64,000 nt of DNA from Porphyridium purpureum (lineage: Eukaryota): assembly GCA_008690995.1 (NCBI GenBank), contig VRMN01000003.1:2046001-2110000 (forward strand), in the 5' to 3' direction. The notes beneath the pieces are model-generated. The model ran no database searches and was not told the DNA's origin. It saw only the letters and a list, made by a program, of their open reading frames with translations. Made by a program: the position numbers and the translations under genes. Positions 25,671-36,821 of this stretch are shown in pieces. Numbering within the stretch: the first letter of the stretch is position 1; each line of letters opens with the position of its first letter.

Positions 25671-26350
25671 GCTAACAATGGCGTCTTCATGCAACGCGTA
25701 ATCGCGTCAACCCGTTTGCTGTCAAATGCGAGGACGCGCTCGCGGCAACTGAAGGAAGGAACGCTCCCTCTCGTCGTCTTTGTGCAAGCGCATGGACCAT
25801 GTAGGGTTGCAAAACCGTTTCTTATCTAGCGGAGGCAAGAGGGGAGACGGCAAACAACGATGTTCAGGAGTCTGGCGATGGACGAGACAGAAACATACAT
25901 GGGGGACAGGCAGCAGTAGACCATCCTTGATACATTTGCTACTTTTATTCGAGAACAAGGCGGTTGAAGTAAACGTGCATTATTCGCAAGACTTTCATCC
26001 TCGCGCTTCAGCGTGGTGAAGGGCGTGACAACAGTTTGTTCCGAGCAATATCCACAAGAGGTAGACTTGAAAGCGAGGGAAGCGGCCGCTGCGGCCGCTC
26101 CACATTATATATTAGACTTTCCGTCTCTGTCGCGCAGCATCCCTATGGCACGAGGGAGGGACTGCTGCACTGGACGGATGAAAGTAACCAAATAAAGTAC
26201 AAAAACGGGCAGTGGCGTGACGGAAAGCCAAGACACGCGCAAACTGCTGTGAGCAGCCGCGGCATCGGATCCGTTCTAGCGTAATGCCAATAAGCGAGCG
26301 CGCTTCGCAGGGACGTTGAGACCTACCAGTCCCCTTGCCGGGTTATCGCT

Positions 26351-27361
26351 CTAAAATGAAAAGCCCGCAAGCAAGTCTGCACCGCGTTCCTCATGCTCGA
26401 GCTTTCGCGACAAACTTTTTTTCTTACTGCTGCGCTCCTTACGCAGCCTCTTAAAGCACTCGCGCATCTCCCACTGATGTGATGCGTGATTCATTTCAAT
26501 AAACCCGGCGCGCGGCGCGCATAATTCCCCAAACTGGGCCACGAACTGGCGGTACCCGCCAGCCATGACGTAGATGTATGGGTGAGACAGCCTCGGATAC
26601 TGGTGCGAGTTGCGACCACGATCCGCTTGCCGGAAATCTTGCCATTGCTTCGGAGCGCGCTCTGAAGAGAACTCGCAGTAAAACACAATAATGTGATGCG
26701 CCGGCGGTACGTGTTGCTCGGCCGCTTGGGCAGGGACAATGTCCAACAGCACGGAAGGGTACGGGCTGTTCACAGCGTCCACGATGTGGCCGCCACGATA
26801 TTCGAACGGGAAGCGGCAGTCAATGAGCGTCAAGCACCAGTCGCCCGCGCTTCCTGTTAGATTTTGGATGCTTTGCAGCGATTCTGACGAGGCCGAGTGC
26901 TCTTCTTCTTGTTCAACTGGGTCGTCGATCTCGTCCACCTGTTCCGGATTCGCAAACGACGTGCTGCTGTCAAAACAGTCTGGCCCTGCTCCCTTGCTCA
27001 GATGAAAAGGCGAAATTTCCAGGCTTGCACGCATGCTCGTGCCCATGTCCTTTGGGGTGACGGGCGAACCGATCTCGCGGCTAAGCACGCTGAGATGGGA
27101 CTTGACCCGGTCGAGCGGTTCCAGCTCCGGTGTCTGCGTGGGCGCGGGCGCAGTGCCTCTCCGCAGCTTGGCGGCGAGCATTTTGGCCACGCAGCGCGGC
27201 GAAATGTACTTGACCCCTGCGCCCGAGCGGCAGGACACGCTCGGACGAATCCCGAGCGGATCAAAGCAGTCCGGCTCGGCCGGCTCGGCGGTCTCCATGT
27301 GCACCGCTGGCGTCCTCGCGACGTGCCGGTGCGTTTGCGCGGCGCCGACAGCTTCCTGCAT
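26351..27361 (-). CDS. CDC25: Cdc25-type dual-specificity phosphatase (rhodanese fold)
   Basis: LIDCRFPFEYRGGHI, active loop FYCEFSSERAP, YPRLSHPYIYVMAGGY. The 5' end is uncertain. Confidence 0.88.
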   Translation of the reverse strand: MQEAVGAAQTHRHVARTPAVHMETAEPAEPDCFDPLGIRPSVSCRSGAGVKYISPRCVAKMLAAKLRRGTAPAPTQTPELEPLDRVKSHLSVLSREIGSPVTPKDMGTSMRASLEISPFHLSKGAGPDCFDSSTSFANPEQVDEIDDPVEQEEEHSASSESLQSIQNLTGSAGDWCLTLIDCRFPFEYRGGHIVDAVNSPYPSVLLDIVPAQAAEQHVPPAHHIIVFYCEFSSERAPKQWQDFRQADRGRNSHQYPRLSHPYIYVMAGGYRQFVAQFGELCAPRAGFIEMNHASHQWEMRECFKRLRKERSSKKKSLSRKLEHEERGADLLAGFSF

Positions 27362-28598
27362 GCGGCTCGCCCTCTTCAAAACGCCACGCCTTGGCCCTGA
27401 CTGCTTCTCGCTCTTTTGTTCTTGCTCTTCCGACCCCGACGAACCGCGTCACTCTGTTCGCATCCTCCTGTGCCCCGGCCCACCCGTGCGCGCGGAATGC
27501 GGTACCTATGATCAGCGCGCGCGCCGTCGCGTCACGCAGCATGCGCCGGCTGCTTCACACCCCGCACGACGATAACCACCCTCAGCCACCGCCGCATAAC
27601 CCTTTCCCCACGCCCTGGCACCCCCGTCCCGCGCCTCTTATACTTCAGCCCCTGCACCCTTCCCCCACGCGCGCACACAACACAACACACGCAAAACGCC
27701 TTTTGTATCAAAATGGCGCCGCGCACATACAAAACGTACAAGCCATCCGAAATCTGACTAGACCGGTTCACACACGCAAAGAACCAATTCTGTATAAAGC
27801 GGCCTGTTTTAATAGGCCCCACGTCGGGACGGGTGGTGCATGTGACAAAATGGGGCGCTGCAGTAGGGAAACGAGCAGTAGCAGGGTTATTAGGGTTACA
27901 GCGCGGTGTTTGGTGTGCGTTTGCTCGTGCTTTTTCTACGGCTTTTGAAAGCGGTCCGGTGAGGAGAAAAAGCAGAAAGGGCGTCCCGGTTTCAAAACAC
28001 GTGGGTGTGTGGTTGGGTGGTTGGTTGCTGTGTAGGAGGGGGGGAGCAGCGATGTGGGATGCGATGCGGTGTGACGGCCATCGCTTCACGTGCTGACGCG
28101 TCATGCTCATCTCAATCTTCGTCGTCGTCGACGCAGCGGCTTCTGGTAGGATGGCTGTGAGCCTGCGTGGGCTGCGGTGGCAGCTGCTGGCAGTGGGACC
28201 GCACAGGTTTGGCGTAATACGATGTTCCAGTTGCGTTCGTTGAACACGTGGCACGATGTGCGCTTACGCAGCAGAAAAAGAAGAAATGAAGGCCGGCAGA
28301 AGGAGGTTGGGTGGGTGTGTTGGTGGTGGCTTGGAGGGTATTTGGTGCCACAAAGCCGCGCTCATGGCACAAAGGCTATTTATATCGGTGTCCACACGCA
28401 TTGCGAGGCCTGCCCCGCACTTATGGACAGTGTGGTCAGCCATCGTCCAGAGGGCTTGTGCCAACGCGGCTGTGCTGACGCGCACACGTGCGCTGCCATG
28501 ATTTACAATGTGGACGTGGACAGGCGTCGCCCGAAACAAGTCTGCTCTCGACGCACAGTGACGTCTTTCGCACGCAGCACGACGTAACGATTCCTACT

Positions 28599-29534
28599 CT
28601 ACGGTAGCAGATTTGCGCGGTGGCTGCTGCTGCCGCCGCGGGACACATAGCTGACAAGCGTGTCTTCAAAGTAGTGCGTGTAGAGGAACTGGATCAGAGC
28701 AAAGATACACGACAGCAGCGCGAGCGTGACGGCGTCTGCCCCCAAACGTTTTGCAGCACTTTGCTGCTTCAACCGCTGCTTGTACTCGAACACGGGAAAG
28801 TTTCCCGAGCTCGCTGATCCCAGCGACGTCGTCACGTGCGGATCCGAACCCACAGAAAACAGCACGATGCCGTCAGACTCACCACTGATCGGCAAGACCC
28901 GCGCGCGCTCGTGGTACTCAGCCAGCACTCGATGCTGATCGGCCGGCTTCAGCTGCCAGAAGCGCAAGAAAACCAGCACGCCCTCGCTTTGATCCAGACG
29001 CCTCACCAGACTCAATGCGCATTCGGCACTGGCAGTGAATACATTCACGAGCGGGCGCGGCTCTGCGTGCGGCTTTGAAGAAGCGCCCAGATCAGCCAGC
29101 TCATCGGACGATAAAGCATCTGCACACGCCACCAACGGCTCGCCCAGCCCAGCGACATGCGCGAGCACCAGACTCAGCTCGTGCGTAGTGAGCCTTCCCA
29201 GCTCCGTTTCTTCACGCACGCGCAGCGCCTCGGCGTGCATATCAAACAAGGGCTTGGTGCCGCCCACTTGCCAGTCATCAACCAAGCCTGCGCTCTGTTC
29301 CACGCTCCCATTGAAGAGTAGCTGCACGTCGCCCTGTTGCTCCTGCTGCAGCAACAACAGCCGCTCCGCGCGAATCTCTGACGCAAACATGCAGTCCGCG
29401 AGCCACGGCTGCACCACCTGCGTGAGAATCTCGTGGGACCCGCACACAAGGACTAGTACAATGGTCAGAAACAGAGCCGCCGCTTGTACAGGCGGCCGCG
29501 AGCGTAGCCACAGCTCGGGCCGCGACTTTCCCAT
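28599..29534 (-). CDS. Hypothetical membrane protein (N- and C-terminal TM helices)
   Basis: About 311 aa with two hydrophobic segments; no family recognised. Confidence 0.6.
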   Translation of the reverse strand: MGKSRPELWLRSRPPVQAAALFLTIVLVLVCGSHEILTQVVQPWLADCMFASEIRAERLLLLQQEQQGDVQLLFNGSVEQSAGLVDDWQVGGTKPLFDMHAEALRVREETELGRLTTHELSLVLAHVAGLGEPLVACADALSSDELADLGASSKPHAEPRPLVNVFTASAECALSLVRRLDQSEGVLVFLRFWQLKPADQHRVLAEYHERARVLPISGESDGIVLFSVGSDPHVTTSLGSASSGNFPVFEYKQRLKQQSAAKRLGADAVTLALLSCIFALIQFLYTHYFEDTLVSYVSRGGSSSHRANLLP

Positions 29535-29730
29535 CTCCACCAACGCAACGCGCGAACATGCGCTCGAGTTCCGTTTCGTCGCATCAAGGCTGGCGTTCGT
29601 CCTTGTTCTATTCTTTTTGCGCCACGGATGCGGAGCTGGGTTGGGCTCCACGCGAGAGGAGGCAGAACCAGCTCCGTGGACAGGTGCATGAACGGACTGG
29701 AGAAACTGGGCGACAGAGACGAGTAAGGCG

Positions 29731-31878
29731 ATGGATCTCGGGGTCAGAACGTGCTACGTTGCTGCACCGGGCGTTGCACGCTCGCGGCCCCTCGCGCTCA
29801 GACCGACAAACCGCCAGCCGCACACGAGTCTCTCCAGGCTGCCGCGGCGCGTGCAGGTAAAGTCGACGCCACTGGCAAGCGATGCGCAGACGCCGGTGAG
29901 CAGTGATGCTCAGCGGATGGGACAGTGGGTGAGAATAGCCGCAAATGACAAGGTCAGGCTGCTTGCATACAAAGAAGCTTCCGATCCGGGCGAGTCGAAG
30001 GTAGGTTCACGTGCCGGTGTATGGCATCCGCAGCCATCCGCCATTTGCGTGTTCTTCGCGGGGCTGGAAAATGTGCCTTTACTTGCCGCTCACGCACAAG
30101 CGTTAATGAGCAGCGGTGTCGCGCACGTGTGGAGCGTTCAGTACGTAGGCCGGAATGGTCATGAACGCAGATCACCTAGCGAAGAAGAAACTCGAGGTCT
30201 GGTAACACAGCTGGCCGCTCGCGCCGTACATCTAATCCAGGAACAGAGCGAGCGGCTCGCAGGGACAGGTTGCGGAAAAGAAGGTGCTATCGGGGCATCT
30301 GCATCAAAAATCACTATCCTTGGTGAATCGTTTGGCGCGGTCGTGGCGATGCTGGCAGCCACGGAGCTCGAGAGCATGGAGCCGAAGCCCTTGTCTTTGC
30401 ATCGCTTGGTGCTTGTGAACTCGGCGTCTGCGCTTCTGTATCAGCCATGGCTTCGGCGACTAGCGTCTGTGGCCATGCCGACCCTTGACCGCGTTCGCCC
30501 TCTGTCCACAGGCATGTATCCACTCGCAACGTTCGTCTTATGGCGCATTCTGGTCGACGAAGCGCGCCTCCGTCCGGAGCTCGTGCCTGCGCGCGGAATG
30601 CCGGGTCGGATTTCTGTCGAGAATGCCAGTCTCGTCGACACTATTGGAAGAATTCAAGCTGTGCTTGCGGCCGAGGCCGACATTGAGCACGCTGCACGAA
30701 GCATTCAGACTCCGACCCTTCTTGTGGGTGCCGCAAAGGACGCGTTATTCGATAGCGTGCGCGAGGCGCAGCGACTAGGCGCTGTGCTGCCAAGCTCGCG
30801 TGTTCAAATACTTGAGCATAGCGCTCATGCATGTTTGCTTGAAGATGAAATCAACATCAATTCCATCTTTGGACTCTCGGAGTCAAAACAGGAGGCTCGC
30901 AAGGAAAAATCGACAGACCGGCAAACTCCTGAACCTGGCTCGGATGGCCTTCCTTCGGCGTCACGAGACACGCTCGGGTATGGTGTCGATCCAGACTTTC
31001 GCCTCGACTCGCAGGCTGTTGAGCGCGGCAAGCTTTTGTTGAACCCGTGGAGATCCTACACACGGCCCGTATTTCTCGGCACTGAAAACCTGCTGCGCAT
31101 GCGCGAAGCGGGCTTTCTTGACGCTGATGACGGTGCAATGCGCCGCCGACCGATCCTTTTTGTGGGAAACCATACGGTGCATGGCATCCTCGACATGCCA
31201 CTGCTGATCGAACACCTGATTGATGCGGGCGTGACTTTGCGTCCTCTAGCACATCCAGCACACTTCGAGCTGTTTTCTTCATTGACGCGCGGCGGATGGC
31301 GAGATGTGGTCCAAAGCTTTGGTGCAGTTCGCGCCACGCCTCGTAATTACTTCCGGCTGCTGAAACACAAGCAAGCCATTTTGTTGTACCCTGGAGGCGC
31401 CAGGGAAGTGTGTCGCCGGCGCGGCGAAGGATATGCGGTGCACTGGAAGGAAAACGTCGATTTTGTGCGCGCAGCACTGAAGTTCAACGCAGTGATCGTG
31501 CCGTTTTCGGCGATAGGTGCGGACGACTCGGTTTCGATCCTATTGGATGCTGAGGAGCAGCTCCAACTGCCCATCATCGGCGAGCTGATTCGCACACAAG
31601 TCCTGGATCGATTCGGCATGGATTATGAACACCTGCATCCGATTACGACGTTCCCGCGACCGATTCGTTTCTACTTCAAATTTCACAAGCCCATTGAGCT
31701 TGATGCCATGAAGGACGCTGGCCGCGAGCAGGCTTTGTACGAGCTAACCCGATCCCAAGTCGAGGCAGGCATCAATGAGCTGCTTGAGTATCGGACACGG
31801 CAGGAGGGCATTCACGCGCAGCGCAGCGCGGGGCCGCTGTCATTCTTGAAAGACATCTCCCAGGGGTGGACCTTTTAA
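29731..31878 (+). CDS. Phytyl ester synthase / ELT-type acyltransferase (alpha/beta hydrolase + DGAT2-like domain), probably plastid-targeted
   Basis: ILGESFGA nucleophile elbow, HACLLE, LFVGNH, LLYPGGAREV, IVPFSAIGADD, RFYFKF; Arg/Ser-rich N-terminus. Confidence 0.87.
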   Translation: MDLGVRTCYVAAPGVARSRPLALRPTNRQPHTSLSRLPRRVQVKSTPLASDAQTPVSSDAQRMGQWVRIAANDKVRLLAYKEASDPGESKVGSRAGVWHPQPSAICVFFAGLENVPLLAAHAQALMSSGVAHVWSVQYVGRNGHERRSPSEEETRGLVTQLAARAVHLIQEQSERLAGTGCGKEGAIGASASKITILGESFGAVVAMLAATELESMEPKPLSLHRLVLVNSASALLYQPWLRRLASVAMPTLDRVRPLSTGMYPLATFVLWRILVDEARLRPELVPARGMPGRISVENASLVDTIGRIQAVLAAEADIEHAARSIQTPTLLVGAAKDALFDSVREAQRLGAVLPSSRVQILEHSAHACLLEDEININSIFGLSESKQEARKEKSTDRQTPEPGSDGLPSASRDTLGYGVDPDFRLDSQAVERGKLLLNPWRSYTRPVFLGTENLLRMREAGFLDADDGAMRRRPILFVGNHTVHGILDMPLLIEHLIDAGVTLRPLAHPAHFELFSSLTRGGWRDVVQSFGAVRATPRNYFRLLKHKQAILLYPGGAREVCRRRGEGYAVHWKENVDFVRAALKFNAVIVPFSAIGADDSVSILLDAEEQLQLPIIGELIRTQVLDRFGMDYEHLHPITTFPRPIRFYFKFHKPIELDAMKDAGREQALYELTRSQVEAGINELLEYRTRQEGIHAQRSAGPLSFLKDISQGWTF

Positions 31879-32052
31879 TTGACATTTTCCAGACTAGTTC
31901 ACGACCTCTCTCCGTCTCGTTGATGAGCACACGCCCGCAAGTGGTCTAGCCCGTGGTCACATTCGAGTGGAATCAGCCACTAAAAAGAAAACTTGAACAA
32001 GGTACATGAAACCAGAAGGACATAGAAGCAAGACGTCCAACAGCGCGATGAT

Positions 32053-32817
32053 TTATCGACCCTTCATGGCCCGATCTCGCATGTACTGCTCGAACAAACC
32101 CCCCGGGCTGCCCGCAGTAGAGCTGCCGCTGGCTGGCGCAGGTGCTGTGTACGGAGAAGCCGACTTCCGCTTCGATGTGAGTTTCGCATCGTCTTCGAAA
32201 AGTCGGTCACGGTTTGCCTTTTGCAACGCCTCCACTTTTGCACGCACGTTGCGGTCATGCACGCCAAGGATCTTGGCCGCGGCTAGAGCAGCACCGGCTG
32301 GATCTAGTACGAGCATTGGTGAAACGCCGCCGGGCATGCGGATTGAGGAGAAGAGATCCGCCCCGCCAAATGCGTCCGAGTACGGCGGGCAGGCAATGAC
32401 CGGCGCACTCACCGCGCAGTCGAGCATCCCAGACAAGGCGTTGGATCGTCCGGCCACCGATACGTACACTTTGTCGCGTGGGTCTGCCTGATACGCGGCG
32501 ATCACCTCAAGCAGTCTGGCGGGGATTTTGTGCGCCGAAGCAATGCGCATTTCGGCGTCCATACCCAGCGCCTCCGCCGCGCTCGCAATCTTTTCACAAT
32601 GCGGTTCGTCCGCGGCGCTCCCCATCAGAATGACCACGACGGGCTTTGTGTTGCCGTACTGCATGGCAACGACGCCACGCGTCAACCTTGTGCGCGACTG
32701 CGGGTGCGCACGTCGCACCCACGCCGTGCTCGGGGCCACCGCCCATGAACACGCCGCACTCGCCTGCAGCTTTCCGGATACCGGCGCCGTCGTCGAAGAA
32801 GCTCCCACAAACGCCAT
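32053..32817 (-). CDS. purE: Stand-alone AIR carboxylase PurE (class II-like) with plastid transit peptide
   Basis: ILMGS..D, IASAHK, VAGRSNALSG, PVIACPP, SSIRMPGG; MAFVG start followed by a Ser/Ala/Arg-rich leader. Confidence 0.9.
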   Translation of the reverse strand: MAFVGASSTTAPVSGKLQASAACSWAVAPSTAWVRRAHPQSRTRLTRGVVAMQYGNTKPVVVILMGSAADEPHCEKIASAAEALGMDAEMRIASAHKIPARLLEVIAAYQADPRDKVYVSVAGRSNALSGMLDCAVSAPVIACPPYSDAFGGADLFSSIRMPGGVSPMLVLDPAGAALAAAKILGVHDRNVRAKVEALQKANRDRLFEDDAKLTSKRKSASPYTAPAPASGSSTAGSPGGLFEQYMRDRAMKGR

Positions 32818-33373
32818 CTTTGTCCCAGCTATTGCTTCACTTCCGGTCTCCCTTCTGTCGGCTTGTCGTCCTTGCATCTCAATGACGCCGTACGAGATTT
32901 CATTTTTGCTTGTGGCCGTCGCAAGCGACGAGGCTCGCAAACATGTGAGTGGCCATTGTCCTGATTTGACGGCTAGGTGATAGTGCGGGAAGCTGTTTGG
33001 GTGCAACTCACTTGTACAGTCTGTTGGACATCAGCGACGGGAAGAAAATGTACGCGTCTTGTTTACGCCACCCCAAGTCGGACCTGCTTGATTTGAGCAG
33101 TCCTGATGTGTTGCCAAGACAGCCGGCACGGTTCCATGCTTTTTTGGTGAGCAAGTTCAACGATTGTCGATGCCTTAATTGTGTGCAGACGGAGCTCAGC
33201 CGCATGTCCTCACTGCACGTCGGAGCACCCGAGGATTCGCAGGCATGCCACTCAGGCGAAGAGAACGTCTTCCAAGCTATTGTACCAGTTTTATTGCAGA
33301 CAAGGTACCATTGCACTTGCCGTTCATATAAATAGGACAGGGCCATGTAAGGAAAAGGTAGCAGCTCCCAGAC

Positions 33374-35143
33374 TCATGAATCGGCCGACTCGAACTTGAA
33401 CACTGCATCTCTTTTGTCCTGGCTGTCAGTCGCACGCGGACTGCATGGAGACTGTGCGCGGCTTGTGCTCGTGCCTGTACCGGATCGTGGGCTCAAAGGA
33501 GAGCGGGCTCGGCTAATCACCTGGCCGCGCGGAGGGCTCATTGCCAGACGATTGCGTCGCGGTGAACTGAGCGGCGACATCGGCGCACTGTCCTTTCTCG
33601 ACTCGATTCGAAGCTTGGGCATTTCTAGCACATGAAGCGACGGGGTTCCCGGGGGAGTGCTGCCCTTGCCGCCGGGCGACCGCGTGCGAGCCTTTAGCCT
33701 AGCAAGCGGGCTTCGCAGTCCCATCTCCTTTTCCTTTTCCTTTTGCTTCTTTGGGCGTTGCTGAACAAGTTCCGCAAACCACTTATGATTCATGGCCTGG
33801 TCTGCTGATAAGCGCGCGCTCGCGTCACGGTTCAGTAATCCAGTCAGCAGGTCCAACGCAGTAGCTGAGAACGCGCCACTAGCGTGATCTGCGGACAACT
33901 GGGATGGGATATCGGCCACGAAGATGCTTTCTATGGCAACCTGTCCATGCTGTGGGTCAAAAAGAGGCCTTCCGGTGAGCGCTTCGTACATAACACAGCC
34001 AGCGGACCATAGATCACACTTTTCAGAGTAATCGACGCTGTGCTCGAGCACCTCGGGGGCTGCATACTCGAGCGTTCCGTACGCGTCTCGCAAGGCATGA
34101 GTAGATATCACTGCAGCATTGTTAAAGTCTATAATACAAAGCAGGTCCGGGTCGGGCGTCGTGTACGTGGACGGATCGGATGGGTCCAGACACTCACGTC
34201 GCAGCATGACGTTTTCCGGCTTGATGTCACGGTGCGCCACATTCATGCGCCTGTGCAAAAACGAGAGGGCATCAAGCACTTGAAACATGATCTCGCACAC
34301 GAATCCCTCTGGCATGCCATCCGGATGTCGCCTCAGCACGCTGCGAAGGGACCCACCGGTCAGTAGCTCCATGAGCACAAAGAAAACCTTTTTCTCTTCA
34401 AAGTACTTGACGTCTAGCACCTGCACAAGGTTAGGGTGTTTGTACTCCTGCTCGGCTAGCATGCGTGAAATCTGTAGTTCATTCTGCGCGCACTCGAGCT
34501 CCTTGACGTCTTCCATCCGGCTCTGATGTATGGCCTTGACAGCCGCATACCTAGGACTAAGCACCCGCTCCAAGGTACCCCTATCGGGTTTCTCCACCAT
34601 AAAGCTTTCAGAGCGTCGAGCTCCGCGCACTGGTGACGTGCTTATGCTGCTCTTACTCCGTGCATTCGTGCCACTCTTCCACCCCTCGCTCGCTACCGAC
34701 CCGCGCTGCTGGAGCGAGGGCTGCTGAGCTTCCGGGAAAGGAGGAACCACGAGGTCATTGATAAGCTGCACTTCAAACACAGCGGTCGTATTGCTTGAAT
34801 AAATGGTGCGCTTGCGCTCGCAATATCCATCCAGCAGGCTGAGCGCAGTGTTCCGCCGTGGCGAGAACAGGCTGAAATTCGTGCTGTTGTGGTGACTGCT
34901 GTTGGTGTGGTCAAGTGAGAGCAGCTCGTTGACCTCGCGCGGGACCTTGAATTTTGCCTTGAACGGCGCCTTCTCCCTCTTCCCCCAGCGGGGCGACGTC
35001 AGCGTGGCGGACTTGGGCGTCTGCGGTGTCTCAACAAGATGCGCAGTGGCCATATTCTCATCTGGATCCGTTCCCCTCCGCAGACCAAACAGCGGCCGGA
35101 CTGAAAGCCCACGTCCACCACCGCCCGCGGCATGCGGCTCCAT
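33374..35143 (-). CDS. Ser/Thr protein kinase (CAMK-like)
   Basis: AAVKAI, HPNLV, HRDIKPEN, IIDFN, GTLEYAAPE, DLWSAG; SP-rich tails. Confidence 0.9.
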   Translation of the reverse strand: MEPHAAGGGGRGLSVRPLFGLRRGTDPDENMATAHLVETPQTPKSATLTSPRWGKREKAPFKAKFKVPREVNELLSLDHTNSSHHNSTNFSLFSPRRNTALSLLDGYCERKRTIYSSNTTAVFEVQLINDLVVPPFPEAQQPSLQQRGSVASEGWKSGTNARSKSSISTSPVRGARRSESFMVEKPDRGTLERVLSPRYAAVKAIHQSRMEDVKELECAQNELQISRMLAEQEYKHPNLVQVLDVKYFEEKKVFFVLMELLTGGSLRSVLRRHPDGMPEGFVCEIMFQVLDALSFLHRRMNVAHRDIKPENVMLRRECLDPSDPSTYTTPDPDLLCIIDFNNAAVISTHALRDAYGTLEYAAPEVLEHSVDYSEKCDLWSAGCVMYEALTGRPLFDPQHGQVAIESIFVADIPSQLSADHASGAFSATALDLLTGLLNRDASARLSADQAMNHKWFAELVQQRPKKQKEKEKEMGLRSPLARLKARTRSPGGKGSTPPGTPSLHVLEMPKLRIESRKDSAPMSPLSSPRRNRLAMSPPRGQVISRARSPLSPRSGTGTSTSRAQSPCSPRATDSQDKRDAVFKFESADS

Positions 35144-35529
35144 GGCGTCTAATAAGTCAACCCTGTAAAGGCGGCCCTACCTGATTTCATCTCCGCGTCG
35201 CCGCCGGACCTCATTCGATTCACGCCGGGACCCGCAGCAAGTAAACTTACCTACACAACACAGAGGTAAGTCGGCCCTTCATTGGTATGACGCGGCGTGA
35301 CGTGCCGTGACAGGGACGACACGGCTGCGAGACGTTCTTGCGCTGCGTCCAATTCCATGCCGCGCTAACGTACACATCCGCCCATCCAGTCAGCACCTAC
35401 GTGCAACTCGTGTGTGTGTCGGTCGAGATGTGCAATTTTAGTAGTAGAATGTGGCCATTCTGACGAATTTCCGAGGTGGACTTGCGGGGTTCTCAAGTCC
35501 GTGTTCTCGCTGCGCTTCGCATCCGGAGA

Positions 35530-36333
35530 CTAGAAGATGAAAGGCACGCACGCGCGCCGATTCAGCGCTGCGTATGCCGAGTCAAACTCGGACATGTACC
35601 ATTGGTGCACGCGGTGCGCTCGTGGAAGCAGGTTGGCCGTCGTCCACAGCGCAAACGCCCACGCGGCCTGCACGCGCCACGCAGCAAGGGCAAAGCCGCT
35701 CCACTCGATGATTTCGAAGAGGTAGTTGGGGCAGCTCACAAAACGGTACATGCCGCCGTATGGAATGCGGTACGCCGCATCGTTCGCGTGCTGGCGGAGC
35801 GTCCGCAGCACATGGTCGGCGTGTATGTTTCCAAGGAAGCCGATGCACCACAGCGCGAGCCCGCCGCAAAAGGGTACCGAGGATGCGGCAGGCACCCGTG
35901 CGGCGTCGTATTTGAGTATGCCACTCAGCACGAAAAAGCTGTTGCAGCAGCAGAACACGCAGCTGATGCACGTGACAAATCCGGACGTCCGCTTCTGGCC
36001 GTTCTTCATGCGGAGCGGATATATAAGCGCGCGATTCACATAATGCACGACGAACAGCGCGACCAGCACGTAGCTCTCTGCGCGCACAGGCCGTCCGTGC
36101 GTGTTCTCCGCGCGTGCCGCGCACCAGTACAAGCACATCACCGCGCCGACCAAATTCGGCGACTCCATGATCAACCACGCGACGTCGGAACGCGGCGCAA
36201 ACCACTCGCGCGGCTGGTTGCTGAAGAACCTGCCGTAATTCGGCGCCTGGACACCGAGCATGAGCACGACAAACGCCACTGGCGCTAGCGCCGTCCAGAC
36301 GGCCAGCGCGAGCCGATATTCTGGCAGCCACAT
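35530..36333 (-). CDS. Steroid 5-alpha-reductase family (DET2/SRD5A-like)
   Basis: YGRF, AWLIMESP, HYVNRALIYP, YRIPYGGMYRFVSCPNYLFEIIEWSG, NLLPRA. Confidence 0.92.
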   Translation of the reverse strand: MWLPEYRLALAVWTALAPVAFVVLMLGVQAPNYGRFFSNQPREWFAPRSDVAWLIMESPNLVGAVMCLYWCAARAENTHGRPVRAESYVLVALFVVHYVNRALIYPLRMKNGQKRTSGFVTCISCVFCCCNSFFVLSGILKYDAARVPAASSVPFCGGLALWCIGFLGNIHADHVLRTLRQHANDAAYRIPYGGMYRFVSCPNYLFEIIEWSGFALAAWRVQAAWAFALWTTANLLPRAHRVHQWYMSEFDSAYAALNRRACVPFIF

Positions 36334-36821
36334 CGCGCTGCTACAGCTGCTGCTGCTGTGGCGGCGGTGGCGGCGACTCCATGCGCGCGCACGCCACGGC
36401 TCCACGTCCCACTGCGCCTTGCGCACGACGTTTCCCGCAGCCCAGCCGCCGTACACTGCTTACGAACCACTGTACCTCTGCAATGCGGTTGATGTGGCGG
36501 TATGCTGAGATGGAGGTATTTTAGTATGGGTCTTGTGAGGATGGCATATGAATGTGGATAAAGGAAAGGCGCTCGGGCGAAGACGCGAGTTCCGGCGGGG
36601 GAAGTTGTGAGAGAGAGAGGCGGGGCGGGGCGGAGAGAGAGAACGGCAGATTGTGGCGTGGGGCGCTTGGTGCGTGTCTGGAAAAGGGCAGGTGGTGTGG
36701 GTCGGGCGTGGAGAACGCGTCGCCGTGGACTCGGACGCCGAGCAGGCGTGGTGGTGTGCGCACGTGTGCGTGCGGGTTGGGGCCGTTGGGGAAGGGAGGG
36801 AAAGGGGCAGAGGGATCGAGC

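Noticed and set aside
35241..35275. ACTTACCT as the 5' end of U1 snRNA
   Set aside because: No U1 stem-loops, U1-70K loop or Sm site follow on either strand.
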